64,000 bases of DNA from Acidimicrobiia bacterium (GCA_025937235.1 JAICRU010000001.1:7516-71515); one strand, 5' to 3'; shown: positions 8,894-18,979, counted from the first letter of the stretch. Numbers and translations: made by a program. The notes: a model not told the origin generated them from the sequence alone.

Positions 8894-10488
8894 CGGTCAC
8901 AGCCGATTTCGTGGTGGCCGGCGGCGGGCACAACAGCCTGATCACCGCCGCCTACCTGGCCCGCGCCGGGTACGACGTGGTGGTCCTCGACGCCCGCTCC
9001 GAGGTGGGGGGCGGTGCGGCCACCGAAGAGATACTCACCCCGGGCTTCCTCTTCGACACCTGCTCTACCGGGCACACCCTGATCCAGGTCAACCCGGTGA
9101 TCTCCAAGGACGAGTTGCGCCTGGTGGGCGAGTTCGGGTTGAGCTATGTCGAGCCCGATCCGGTGGGCCACGTCGTGTTCCCCGATGGCGAGAGCTTCAC
9201 CATGTGGCTCGACGTGGAACGGACCGTGGAGGAGATCAGCAGGTTCTCGGCATCCGACGCCGTCGCGTATCGCAACATGCTCGAGGAGTTCGATCAGGTG
9301 AAGGGGGTGTACAGCTCATATCGATTCACTCCGATCGGATATGGCCCCTCGCTCGACGACGCACTATCCGCGCATCCAGCGGGCACGGTATGGCGGCGTC
9401 GCAACGTCATGTCGGCGTGGGAGGTGATCCGGAGGGAGTTCGAGAGCCGCCACGTCCAGGCCTTCATGACCTGGATGGCGTTTCAGACCGCACAGCCCCT
9501 CGATTCGCCCGGGTCCGGTTACCTCGCCTATTCGCTGGTGGGGGGCAGGCAGTCCCGAAGCTGGTCGGTTCCCGTCGGCGGGTCGGCCAGCCTGCCCCGC
9601 GCTCTCACCGCAGCCCTGGAGGCATTCGGTGGCTCCATCGTCACAGACACTCTGGTCACCGCGCTCATCACCGAGGGCGGGCGTTGTGTAGGCGTGGAGG
9701 CCGAGGAGGGCGAGCAATACCGGGCCCGGGTCGGTGTGGTGTCATCGATCCATGTCAAGACACTGGTCGACATGGCTCCGTCCGAGCTCTGGGGCGATGA
9801 TTTCCTCTATGGCGTGGACACCTACGACGAAGGCCTGTCTTCTTTCGCCTCCTACTACGCCATGACCGAGGCGCCCCGGTTCATCTCGTCCCGTGGCGAG
9901 TCGGTGGCGGCGGTCTCGGCAGGCCCCGCCCCCTGGCCCGAAGACGTGCTCGAATTCGGACGGGGCCTGCGTGAGCGACGGCTTCACCGGCCCGGGACGT
10001 TCCTGTTGTTCGCCACGCCGACCCTGGTCGACGAGACCCGGGCACCCGAAGGAGGTCACACCTTGAAGATCCTGAGCCTGGCGCCCTATGAGTGTCCCGA
10101 TGACCTGGGTGGCGACTGGGCGACAGGAAAGGACGTCCTCGCCGCCGAGCACTTCGGGGCGCTGCTCGATTGCGCTCCGAATCTGTCCGAGGACCATGTG
10201 CTTGCCCGGAATGCGAAGAGCCCGGTCGACATCGAAGCCGGGAACCCCCACATGTGGCGGGGCACGATCCACGGCGGGGACCGTGGCCTTGCCTACGGCG
10301 GGCCACAGCGTCCGGTGCCGGGATGGGCCTCGCACCGGATGCCGATCGAAGGCCTCTATCAGACGGGGGCCACCACCCACCCCGGTGGGTCGATCACCGG
10401 GGGCCCGGGGCGCAACGCCGCCATCGTCATCCTCGACGACCTCGGGATGAGCCTCGACAGCATGGTTGCCAAAGGAGGCAGTGAATGA
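8890..10488 (+). CDS. NAD(P)/FAD-dependent oxidoreductase, phytoene-desaturase (CrtI)-like family
   Basis: N-terminal dinucleotide fold DFVVAGGGHNSLITAAYLARAGYDVVVLDARSEVGGGA. ATGA overlap with the upstream gene. Confidence 0.8.
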   Translation: MTVTADFVVAGGGHNSLITAAYLARAGYDVVVLDARSEVGGGAATEEILTPGFLFDTCSTGHTLIQVNPVISKDELRLVGEFGLSYVEPDPVGHVVFPDGESFTMWLDVERTVEEISRFSASDAVAYRNMLEEFDQVKGVYSSYRFTPIGYGPSLDDALSAHPAGTVWRRRNVMSAWEVIRREFESRHVQAFMTWMAFQTAQPLDSPGSGYLAYSLVGGRQSRSWSVPVGGSASLPRALTAALEAFGGSIVTDTLVTALITEGGRCVGVEAEEGEQYRARVGVVSSIHVKTLVDMAPSELWGDDFLYGVDTYDEGLSSFASYYAMTEAPRFISSRGESVAAVSAGPAPWPEDVLEFGRGLRERRLHRPGTFLLFATPTLVDETRAPEGGHTLKILSLAPYECPDDLGGDWATGKDVLAAEHFGALLDCAPNLSEDHVLARNAKSPVDIEAGNPHMWRGTIHGGDRGLAYGGPQRPVPGWASHRMPIEGLYQTGATTHPGGSITGGPGRNAAIVILDDLGMSLDSMVAKGGSE

Positions 10489-11633
10489 CCACCACCACCC
10501 AGCCCGATCTGGGGTTTGCCCCCAACGAAGATCCGTTCATCGTCGCCCACGGCGGCTTCTATCGCCGCTGGCTCTCGATGATCGACGACATCGAGGAGTT
10601 GAAAGAGGCGGTGTCCAGGGTGGAGGGGACAACGGAGGACAAGTGGGTCCCGGTGTGGGAGGAGATGGGGCGTCGGCATGAGGACGAAGGCGATCGGCTG
10701 GAGGCGTCGGGGGACTACGAGGGGGCCCGGAAGGCCTATCTGAACGCCAAGAGCTATTACGCCATTGGGCGCTTCCCCGGCGAGATCAGCGAGGTCAAGA
10801 CCAGGATCAGCCAGGACTGCGCCCGGGCCTATCTGAAGGCGTGTGCCCATCTCGATCCTCCCATGGAGGTGGTCGACTTCGAGCACCAGGGCCGCACGGT
10901 GCGGGCTCATTTCCGCTCTCCTGTGTCGGACACACCCGTGCCGGCCGTGCTCATCATGTGCGGAGCCGACGTGTTCAAGGAGGACCGCGGCTTCGCCCAG
11001 GACCTGTGCATGGAGAACGGCCTGGCGTCTCTGGTGATGGACGGTCCCGACACCGGGGAGAACCCGTTCCCGTGGGCACCCGAGTCGGTGTCTGCCTGGG
11101 AGGCGGCGGTCGACTACCTGGCATCGCGACCCGAGGTAGCGGGTGATCGCATCGGCGCCTTCGGGATCAGCCGAGGCGGCTACTCGGTGATGCAGCTGGC
11201 CGGGACCGCGCCGGAGAAAGTGAAGGCCGTGGTGGCCAACGCCGGCCATCCCTTCGGGTACGTGATGGGAGATGAGGAGTTGGAGGAGTTCGTCCGGGTT
11301 CGCAACGAGCGGGCGACGTGGCGCTTCGGCGGAGTGGACGACCCTCCCTCATTCCCGGCGACCTCGGTGGAGAAGGAGAAGGAGGACTTCAAGCGGTGGG
11401 CCCTGTCCGAGCAGGGGATCCTGGACAACATCACGATGCCGGTGCTGATGATCAACGGGAAGCTCGACCATCTGGCCCCCATCGGCAACATCTACTTCAT
11501 GCTCGAGACCGGCCCGGCCACCGGCAAGGAGGCACGGGTGTACGCCGACGCCGGACACTGCGCCTTCAAATACCAGTCACACTGGGCCCCGGCCACCTTC
11601 CGGTGGCTGGCGGAGAAACTGGGGCAGGACTAG
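10485..11633 (+). CDS. Alpha/beta hydrolase, FrsA/DUF1100-like
   Basis: 382 aa with GISRGGY nucleophile motif and overall FrsA-like layout. ATGA overlap with the upstream gene. Confidence 0.7.
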   Translation: MTTTTQPDLGFAPNEDPFIVAHGGFYRRWLSMIDDIEELKEAVSRVEGTTEDKWVPVWEEMGRRHEDEGDRLEASGDYEGARKAYLNAKSYYAIGRFPGEISEVKTRISQDCARAYLKACAHLDPPMEVVDFEHQGRTVRAHFRSPVSDTPVPAVLIMCGADVFKEDRGFAQDLCMENGLASLVMDGPDTGENPFPWAPESVSAWEAAVDYLASRPEVAGDRIGAFGISRGGYSVMQLAGTAPEKVKAVVANAGHPFGYVMGDEELEEFVRVRNERATWRFGGVDDPPSFPATSVEKEKEDFKRWALSEQGILDNITMPVLMINGKLDHLAPIGNIYFMLETGPATGKEARVYADAGHCAFKYQSHWAPATFRWLAEKLGQD

Positions 11634-11637
11634 CCCT

Positions 11638-12642
11638 CTAGGGCCGCATGCCCTCCAGGATCCGGGCGAAGTTGCCGCCGAGGATCATGTCTCGCTGCTC
11701 CTCGTCGATACCTGGGATCGACTCGACGGTGCGGACAGGCTCCGGGTCTCCCATCTCGAAGGGGTAGTCGGTGCCCATCATCACCCGGTCGACTCCGACC
11801 TGGTCGACCAGGAAGCGCAGTGCCTTCGAGTCGTGGAGGACGGTGTCGTAGTAGAGACGCAGCGCCAGCTCCGACGGCGGGGTGGAGATGTTCTCGGCCG
11901 TGCGTTGCGAGGCGGCCACGAAGCCTCGCTGCATCCGGCCGATCTGGAACGGGACGAAGCCACCGCCATGCACGACGCAGATGTTCAAGTCGGGGAACCG
12001 CTCCAGGACGCCTCCGAAGAGGAGGCCGGCCACCGCGATGGTGCTCTCGGCGGGACGGCCCACCATGTTGTCCAGGAAGTAGCGGGCGAGATCGACCCCG
12101 GGCAACGGGTTGCAGGGATGGAGCAGGACAAAGCAGCCCAAATGCTCGGCCGCCTCCCAGAACGGGTCGAGCCCGGCCCGGTCCAGGTCGGCGTCGTCGA
12201 TGGTGGTGGCGATCTCAACACCGACCATGCCCAAGTTCTCCACTGCGAACCGAAGCTCTTCCGCCGCCTGCTCCGGGCCTTGCAGGGGGACGGTGCCGAG
12301 AGCGAGGAACCGATCGGGGTGCTCGGCGGCATGATCGGCCAGGATCTGGTTGACCCGCCGCGAGTAGGCGGCGCCTCGCTCGGGCTCGAGGGCGTATGCG
12401 GTGAGATCGACCCAACTCGAGATGACCTGGACCTCGACCCCGCTCGCGTCCATGGCGGCCAATCGGGCAGCGGTGTCGCCGAGGATCGACCGGAAAGGGG
12501 CGAGGCGGACCCGGCCGGCGATGACCGCCGACTCGCCCTTCTCGTCCGACACGACCTCGATCCCGTACTCCGGGCCATCGGCCCTGAGCATGTCGATGAG
12601 GTCCTCGGGGATGCAATGGGCGTGGACGTCGTAGGTGGTCAA
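11638..12642 (-). CDS. Amidohydrolase-2 family protein (ACMSD-like metal-dependent hydrolase/decarboxylase)
   Basis: MTTYDVHAHCIP start (HxH metal site); ...LLHPCNP..., ...VVHGGG... and ...MMGTDYPF... are typical of the family. Confidence 0.8.
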   Translation of the reverse strand: MTTYDVHAHCIPEDLIDMLRADGPEYGIEVVSDEKGESAVIAGRVRLAPFRSILGDTAARLAAMDASGVEVQVISSWVDLTAYALEPERGAAYSRRVNQILADHAAEHPDRFLALGTVPLQGPEQAAEELRFAVENLGMVGVEIATTIDDADLDRAGLDPFWEAAEHLGCFVLLHPCNPLPGVDLARYFLDNMVGRPAESTIAVAGLLFGGVLERFPDLNICVVHGGGFVPFQIGRMQRGFVAASQRTAENISTPPSELALRLYYDTVLHDSKALRFLVDQVGVDRVMMGTDYPFEMGDPEPVRTVESIPGIDEEQRDMILGGNFARILEGMRP

Positions 12643-12652
12643 TGGTCTCCTC

Positions 12653-13825
12653 TCACGGGCTCCACGTCGAAGCGGTCAGTCGATTCGACAGCTCTGAGTC
12701 GGGCTCCAGGATGTAGACGCCTCCGTTCACCCGGTCGGTGACGTACACGGTGTGGTCTTCCGCTACGAAGACATCGTTGATCTGGGCCGCCTTCTGGCCA
12801 GGCGGGCACTCCGGGATCCAGTGGGCTATCTCCGCTGGGCTGTCCGGGTCCGAGAGGTCGTAGACCCTCAGGCCGGCGTTGAAGTATGTGACGAAGACGA
12901 TCTCCTGGCTGCGGTAGCTCCCGGGCCGGTTCTCATGTAGGCAGTGGGCGCCGAAGCGGAGCCCACGATCACAGAAGTCGCCCTCGGGCACGGGGCAGAT
13001 GGCTCGGACGTACGGTGTCGTCTCATCGGCAATGTCGACGACGCGCACCATATGGGGTGGCCCGGCGCAGTCTTCTGTGATGGCTTCGTCGGTCACGATC
13101 ACGAGGTCGCGATCGGGCATGGGAAGACAGGTGTGGGTATGGCCCCCCTCCTCCCAGGCGAGGTGAGAGACACGGGTCGGGGAGGCTGGATCGGAGATGT
13201 TCAGGATGACCATGCCGCTGTCCCACATCCCCAGATAGGCGCGGTCGCCCCAGACCATGGCGTGGTGAGCGATGCGGTCCTCGGTCTCCGGCCAGTCGGG
13301 AACCTCGCCCCCGCCCACCCACATCCCGGGCCACCACCAGCGCCCGACCTCGGCCGGTCGGGTTGGATCGGACACATCGACGATCATCCAGATCCGGCCG
13401 GTATAGCCCTCCGGGGTCACCGAGACATAGGCGAGCCTGCCTCCCTCGTAGACGATGCGATGAATCCCCCTGCCTCCGGTGTCGAAGAAGCCGATCTGAC
13501 GTGGCTCGAAGGGGTTAGCCAGGTCGTAGAGGGCCATCCCGACCGGCGCCGGCCCCTCGGAGCGGAACAGCTCGTGATTCACGATCAGGATCCCCTCGGC
13601 GACCTGCACCTTGTGGGTGTGCGACCCGGGCGGCGCCGGCCACTGATGCACCATCGTCGGATGCGAGGGGTCGGAGATGTCGAGGATCGAAGTGCCCATC
13701 CCGCTCGGGCCGAAATGACCCACGTACAGCGCCTCACCGTTGGGCATGACCTGCATCCCATCGCCATACCCGTCGAGGTCGGAATGACCGATCAAGCGGA
13801 ATCCGGCGCTGTCCTCAGCGTGCAT
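12653..13825 (-). CDS. LVIVD-repeat beta-propeller protein
   Basis: Repeated strand motifs (ILIVNHE, LAYVSV, MVILNISDP, RDLVIVTDE, VYVTD). Start set at ATG 13825 (MHAEDSAGF), which overlaps the ATPase stop by 11 nt; the longest ORF runs to 13966. Confidence 0.7.
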   Translation of the reverse strand: MHAEDSAGFRLIGHSDLDGYGDGMQVMPNGEALYVGHFGPSGMGTSILDISDPSHPTMVHQWPAPPGSHTHKVQVAEGILIVNHELFRSEGPAPVGMALYDLANPFEPRQIGFFDTGGRGIHRIVYEGGRLAYVSVTPEGYTGRIWMIVDVSDPTRPAEVGRWWWPGMWVGGGEVPDWPETEDRIAHHAMVWGDRAYLGMWDSGMVILNISDPASPTRVSHLAWEEGGHTHTCLPMPDRDLVIVTDEAITEDCAGPPHMVRVVDIADETTPYVRAICPVPEGDFCDRGLRFGAHCLHENRPGSYRSQEIVFVTYFNAGLRVYDLSDPDSPAEIAHWIPECPPGQKAAQINDVFVAEDHTVYVTDRVNGGVYILEPDSELSNRLTASTWSP

Positions 13826-15044
13826 CGTCCACCCTGGCGAAGCTGGGCATCTCGTCCGGCCGTGCCGCCAGCGCGGCCGGATCGTCGTGGGCATGGCAGA
13901 CGACCCCATGCTCGAGGGTGTGACGCAGAAAGCGAGGATCCAGCCTCCGGCACACCCCTGCGGCATAGGGGCACCGTGTGTTGAACCGGCACGAGGGCTC
14001 GGGGTCGATCAACTCCGGGACCGAGCCGATGATGGCTGTCAGCGCGCCGCGTCGGTGGGCCGAGGAGGGGACCGCATTCATCAGGCCACGGGTATACGGG
14101 TGCAATGGATCGCTGAACACCTCCTCGGTGAGCCCGATCTCGACGATTCGGCCCGCGTACATCACCGCGACCCGGTCGCACATGCCCCGGACTAGAGCCA
14201 GGTCGTGGCTGATGTAGAGCACCGAGGTGTCGTGCCGATCGAGCAGCTCGGCGATCAGCTCCAGGATCCTCGCCTGAACCGTGACGTCGAGCGCCGTTGT
14301 CGGCTCATCGGCGATGAGCAGGTCTGGATCACATGCCAAGGCCTGGGCGATGAGGACCCGCTGTTTCATCCCGGCGGAGAGCTCGTGTGGATAGCGATCC
14401 ATGATCTTGCCCGGGTTGGGGATCTGGGTATCGGCCAGGGCGGCGGCCACCCGGTCATCCACCGCCGCCTTCACCCTGTTCGCCTGTGAGCGGAGTGGCG
14501 GCACCTTGAGCAGGATCTTCTCGACACGGGTCGCCTCCTGCCTCGCGGCACGGCGGACGACGGCGGGTGTGCCCGGCCCGAGAGGGTCGAGTAGCTCATC
14601 GCTGCGATGCTGGTAGAAGACCTCGGCCAGCTGGTCACCGATGGACAGGGCGGGATTCAACGCCTTGCCCGGATCCTGGAAGATCATCGCGATCCGATTA
14701 CCCCTGATCCCGAGCATCTCGTCCTCGGGAATGGTCAGCAGGTTGACCGGGCCCCCGCCGGCAGCCCTCGTCTCGCTCGACCAGAAGTCGATCCGGCCCC
14801 CGGCATAGACGCCGGGTGGAGTGGCCACCAGGCGCATGAAGGCACGGGCGGTCACACTCTTCCCACAACCGGTCTCGCCAACGAGGCCGAGTGTCTCCCC
14901 GTCCCGGATATCGAACGAGACCTCGTCGACGGCGTGAAGCATCCCCGTCTTGGTCTGAAAGTGGATGCTCAGGTCTTGCACGGAGGCGACCAGCCCGACG
15001 CCGGACCTCCCCGAAGTGGTATCCGCGAAGGCCGTCGCGGTCAC
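13815..15044 (-). CDS. ABC transporter ATP-binding protein, Dpp/Opp type (the only ATPase in this operon)
   Basis: Walker A GETGCGKS, signature LSAGMKQR, Walker B LLIADEPTTALD, and a C-terminal oligopeptide-type tail with CRFNTRCPYAAGVC. GTG 15044 forms a GTGA overlap with the permease stop. Confidence 0.85.
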   Translation of the reverse strand: MTATAFADTTSGRSGVGLVASVQDLSIHFQTKTGMLHAVDEVSFDIRDGETLGLVGETGCGKSVTARAFMRLVATPPGVYAGGRIDFWSSETRAAGGGPVNLLTIPEDEMLGIRGNRIAMIFQDPGKALNPALSIGDQLAEVFYQHRSDELLDPLGPGTPAVVRRAARQEATRVEKILLKVPPLRSQANRVKAAVDDRVAAALADTQIPNPGKIMDRYPHELSAGMKQRVLIAQALACDPDLLIADEPTTALDVTVQARILELIAELLDRHDTSVLYISHDLALVRGMCDRVAVMYAGRIVEIGLTEEVFSDPLHPYTRGLMNAVPSSAHRRGALTAIIGSVPELIDPEPSCRFNTRCPYAAGVCRRLDPRFLRHTLEHGVVCHAHDDPAALAARPDEMPSFARVDDAR

Positions 15045-15967
15045 CTCGATTCGGTCCGGGGATCCAACACGTCCCGCAAGCCGTCGCCGACCAGATTGAA
15101 GGCCAGGGCCCAGAGGAAGATCATCAGCCCCGGGAACGTCGACGCCCACCAGCGGCCGGTCGAGATCCCGACCTGGCCTTCGCTGACGAGCACCCCCCAC
15201 TCGGCCAGGCCGGCCTCGGCCAGCCCGATGAAACTCAGTGTGGCTCCGACGAGGACGATGGAGCCCATGTCCATCGTCGCCTGGACCATGACTGGAGTGA
15301 ACGAGTTGGGCAGCACGTCCTTGGCGTAGATGTGGAACTTCGAGTCACCGATTACCCGCGCCGAGTCGACGTAGTCGTTCTGCTTGATGTGCATGATCTG
15401 GCCCCGGATGATGCGGGCGTACTTCACCCAGTAGACGACCGCCAGGGCCAGGATGATGTTGGTGAAGGACGGGCCCAGCATGGCGGCGATGGCCAGGGCG
15501 AAGATCAGCTCGGGAATGGCCAGGAAGATGTCGACTACCCGCATGAGGAACTCGTCGACCTTGCCACCCAGATACCCGGCGAGGCTGCCGACGATCGTGC
15601 CGATGGTCACCGTCACCCCGACCACGATCAGGGAGAGGCGGAGCGAGGTGCGGGAACCCCAGATGATCCCATACAGGACGTCCCCGCCATGTGCGGTCGT
15701 GCCGAGCGGGTGGCCCGGCGTCCCCGGCGGCTCGTTGAGGGCGCTCCAGTCCCGGGGCATCTGGTACGGGTTCGGCTCGTTGGGAGTGGTGATCACCGGT
15801 GCCAGCAGAGCCATGGTGAACATGAGGACGATGATCACCAGCCCGATCACCGTTACCGGGTTGCGGAGCACCTGACGGACGATCTCGCCCAGTCGTCTCA
15901 GCCGAACCGCCAGTGGGCCGGATACCGGGGTGGTTACGACGGGTGGGTGCTGGGCGACTTCGGCCAT
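15041..15967 (-). CDS. ABC peptide/nickel-type permease (DppC/OppC-like)
   Basis: 308-aa polytopic protein; the binding-protein-dependent transport signature region is around AIPELIFALAIAAMLGPS. Confidence 0.85.
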   Translation of the reverse strand: MAEVAQHPPVVTTPVSGPLAVRLRRLGEIVRQVLRNPVTVIGLVIIVLMFTMALLAPVITTPNEPNPYQMPRDWSALNEPPGTPGHPLGTTAHGGDVLYGIIWGSRTSLRLSLIVVGVTVTIGTIVGSLAGYLGGKVDEFLMRVVDIFLAIPELIFALAIAAMLGPSFTNIILALAVVYWVKYARIIRGQIMHIKQNDYVDSARVIGDSKFHIYAKDVLPNSFTPVMVQATMDMGSIVLVGATLSFIGLAEAGLAEWGVLVSEGQVGISTGRWWASTFPGLMIFLWALAFNLVGDGLRDVLDPRTESR

Positions 15968-15969
15968 GT

Positions 15970-16983
15970 TCAGCTTCCCAGCACGACGCGGCGGTCGAGG
16001 TAGGCATAGATGATGTCAACGGCCAGGTTCACCGTGAGGAACAGCACGCTGGTGAACAAGACGTAGGCCATGATCGTGGCCTGGTCACCACGGAGCACCG
16101 CGTCGGCCAGCCATCTTCCCATTCCCGGCCATTGATAGAGGATCTCGACCACGACGGTGCCCTGAAGGAGAAAGCCGAAGCTGAGCCCGATCACGGTGAC
16201 CGTCGGGATCAGGGCGTTGCGCCGGGCATGCCGCTTCAGTACCAGCCGCTCGGGGAGGCCCTTGGCCCGGGCTGCGTCGACATAGTCCTCGTTGAGCTCC
16301 TCTACCAAGGAGGAGCGCATCATCCTGGTGATGATCGCGGTAGTGGCCAGGCCGAGGGTCATGGCGGGCAGGATCAGGTGCCATATGGCGTCCCGGAGTG
16401 CCTGCCAGCTGCCGGCCATCAGCGAGTCGACGGTGTACAGGCCGGTCGGATGGGCGATCGAGGCCCAGATCGCTGGGTCCGAGCGCCCGATGGGGAACCA
16501 CCCCAGATACACCCAGAAGACGATCAAGAGGAGGATGGCGAACCAGAAGTCGGGCATGCTCGAGCCGCTCACGGAGAAGACCCGGGTGAGATGGTCGGGC
16601 AAGCGGTCCCTCCGCGAGCCGGCGAAGGTCCCCAGTGTGATCCCCAGGGTGACTGCGACGATGCCGGCGGCGGTGGCCAGCTCCATGGTCGCGGTCAGCT
16701 TGTCTCCGAAGACCGCGGTGACCGGGGCTACCGCCACACCGGACCAGCCGAGGTCGCCGCTGAGGACCCCGCCGGCCCAGGCCAGATACTGGACGGGCAA
16801 GGGCTCGTTCAGCCCGTAGCGCTCCTCGAGCTGCTCCACCTCCTCCGGTGTCATCTCGTGGGAGAGATAGATCCCGATCGGGGAGCCACCGATCCGGGTC
16901 AGGGTGAACACGATGATGGAGACACCGATCAAAAGGATCGGCAGGACCATCAGGCGCCGGATCAGGTAGTCCCGTATCTGCAT
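15970..16983 (-). CDS. ABC peptide/nickel-type permease (DppB/OppB-like)
   Basis: MQIRDYLIRRLMVLPILLIGVSIIVFTLTRI is the typical DppB N-terminus; 337 aa. Confidence 0.85.
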   Translation of the reverse strand: MQIRDYLIRRLMVLPILLIGVSIIVFTLTRIGGSPIGIYLSHEMTPEEVEQLEERYGLNEPLPVQYLAWAGGVLSGDLGWSGVAVAPVTAVFGDKLTATMELATAAGIVAVTLGITLGTFAGSRRDRLPDHLTRVFSVSGSSMPDFWFAILLLIVFWVYLGWFPIGRSDPAIWASIAHPTGLYTVDSLMAGSWQALRDAIWHLILPAMTLGLATTAIITRMMRSSLVEELNEDYVDAARAKGLPERLVLKRHARRNALIPTVTVIGLSFGFLLQGTVVVEILYQWPGMGRWLADAVLRGDQATIMAYVLFTSVLFLTVNLAVDIIYAYLDRRVVLGS

Positions 16984-17054
16984 GTGAAAACCGTGAAGCG
17001 TGACTCAGTGTGGCAGGTGGGGGGCCCTTGTCGACAGGGCCCCCCATCCTTCGG

Positions 17055-18800
17055 TCACTTGTCGTAGAAGGCGAACTTCACGCTGGGCCGTGGCCACAGC
17101 GGGTTCATGACAAAACCCGTAACGGTGTCTCGATGTGCGTTCAGTGCCGTCTCGTTGCCGGCGATGATCCACATCGGGTCGTCGTAGAGCATCGGAGCCA
17201 GCTCTTCATACAGAGCCAGCCGAGCATCGGTGTCGAGCTCGGTACCTGCTTCATCGATGAGCCCTGCGATGGCGTCGGGGTCCTGATACATCTCCCTCAT
17301 CCCGTGCACCGTGCCCCATTCCCCGTCGGGATGGATGTAGGCATTCATCAGGGCGTCCGGGTCGGCGAATGGGTCCGAGTTCTTCACCCACATCGCATAG
17401 GGGACCGGGTCCGAGGCGTGGGCCTCGTCGAACTGGGCCTCCGCCTGGGCCAGGACACGGATCTCGAACGCGGGGTTGAGCGCTGCCATCGAGTCACGCA
17501 GCACGAGCGCCGCCACCTCGAACAGGTTCCCTTCCTCGGCGATGACCGAGACCGTGAAGCCCTCGTCCCATACCCCGGCCTCCTCGAACAGGGCCTGGGC
17601 AGCAGCCAGGTCCTGCTCGTACACCGGGTAGTCCTCGCTGTACCCGAGCATCCCTTGGGGGAAGTAATGCGGGACCGTTCCACCCATCCCGCCCAGGGCC
17701 CCGGCGATGAAGCCCTCATAGTCGAACGTGAGGTTGAACGCCCTCCTGATCAGGGGGTCCTGGAAGAAGTCGGGGCCGATGGTGTCCTCCGGCGGCAGGG
17801 AGCCCTCCTCGAACCTGGTGTTGAACCCGATGTGAATCGGTTCGAGCAGGAACTCACCGGAGTAGATCTCGACACCCTCCGCGCCTTCGAGGTCCGGCAC
17901 CAGTGAGGGGTCGATCTCCATCATGTCGTATTCCCCGGCTCGCAAGCCGAGGATCCGGGTGTCGGTGTCGGGGGCGATGTCGATGCGGACGTCGATGTTG
18001 GCCGGTGTCCCCCAGTAGTCCTCGAACACGCCGAGCTGGAAGTTCTCACCCCGGTTCCATGCAGTCAGCTCGTAGGCACCGGTCCCGACCGGGTTGGCGG
18101 TCAGGAACTCGTTCACCTCACCGGCGACCACGCCTCCGTTGGCCTCGACAGCGTCCTGGCTGACGATCGACGCCACCGAGGCGGTGACCACCGCGTTCAG
18201 GAACGAGGCGCTCGGCTCGGAGAGGGTGACCTCGAAGGTGAGGTCGTCGACGACGTTCGTCTCGGCGACGATGTCGGCCAGTAGCCCGGCGTTTCCTTCG
18301 GGGAGGTCCATGGTCATGGCGCGGTCCCAGGAATACTTCACGTCCTCGGCCGTCAACTCGGTCCCGTCGTGGAACACGACGCCTTCCCTGATCGGGAAGG
18401 TGTAGGTGAGCCCATCCTCGGAGATGAGACCGTTGTCGATCGTGGGGACTTCGGTGGCCAGACCGGGGACCAGGTCGGGCCCATCGGGGCCGACCTCGAT
18501 CAGACGCTCGTAGACCTGGGTGATGATGGTCTCACCGCCTTCCCCCGGCTCCACCTGGGCCGGGTCGACAGTGGTTGCCTCGTCGTCGGCGGCATGGACG
18601 AAGACATCTCCGCTCCCTTCGCCTCCCTCGTCTCCCCCTTCGGTCGTGGCCGGGGCCTCCCCTTCCCCGCCAGTGGTGGTGGGGGCCTCTCCATCCTCCC
18701 CCGTGGTCTCGGTGGTCCCGCCGCTGGTGCACGCCACAGCCAGCAGGGCGACAACCACCAGCAGTCTCGACCACTGGGGCGTTCTTCGCCTTGTGTCCAT
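17055..18800 (-). CDS. ABC substrate-binding lipoprotein, family 5 (peptide/nickel type)
   Basis: Signal peptide plus lipobox LLAVAC, an acidic Gly/Thr/Glu linker, then a family-5 SBP body. Start set at ATG 18800, 10 nt from GAGGAGG; an ATG at 18809 is too close to the SD, and the longest ORF runs to 19142. Confidence 0.8.
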   Translation of the reverse strand: MDTRRRTPQWSRLLVVVALLAVACTSGGTTETTGEDGEAPTTTGGEGEAPATTEGGDEGGEGSGDVFVHAADDEATTVDPAQVEPGEGGETIITQVYERLIEVGPDGPDLVPGLATEVPTIDNGLISEDGLTYTFPIREGVVFHDGTELTAEDVKYSWDRAMTMDLPEGNAGLLADIVAETNVVDDLTFEVTLSEPSASFLNAVVTASVASIVSQDAVEANGGVVAGEVNEFLTANPVGTGAYELTAWNRGENFQLGVFEDYWGTPANIDVRIDIAPDTDTRILGLRAGEYDMMEIDPSLVPDLEGAEGVEIYSGEFLLEPIHIGFNTRFEEGSLPPEDTIGPDFFQDPLIRRAFNLTFDYEGFIAGALGGMGGTVPHYFPQGMLGYSEDYPVYEQDLAAAQALFEEAGVWDEGFTVSVIAEEGNLFEVAALVLRDSMAALNPAFEIRVLAQAEAQFDEAHASDPVPYAMWVKNSDPFADPDALMNAYIHPDGEWGTVHGMREMYQDPDAIAGLIDEAGTELDTDARLALYEELAPMLYDDPMWIIAGNETALNAHRDTVTGFVMNPLWPRPSVKFAFYDK

Positions 18801-18868
18801 TCGACTCATTCCTCCTCGTTGCTCGCCCCCTGCCCGCTCGAGGCGGCGATTGGTCACGATCCAGATGC

Positions 18869-18921
18869 CCCACAATCGATTGCCAAACGTTGGATCCCGT
18901 TGCTTCCACAATCGATTGTGG
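18869..18921. promoter_or_regulatory. Two palindromic operator-like sites in a divergent promoter region
   Basis: CCCACAATCGATTGCC (18869..18884) and the perfect 16-bp palindrome CCACAATCGATTGTGG (18906..18921), centres 37 bp apart, between the SBP start (18800, minus) and the LLM oxidoreductase start (18980, plus). Confidence 0.55.
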
Positions 18922-18979
18922 GCTTCGACAGTAGCCAATACGATCTGTCCCCGGCAATAAGTTCGCGAAGGGAGCAGAC

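Noticed and set aside
18560-18720. Near-tandem repeat encoding GEDGEAPTTTGG / EGEAPATTEGG in the SBP gene.
   Set aside because: This is a short acidic Gly/Thr linker after the lipobox, common in actinobacterial lipoproteins, and not an independent repeat element.
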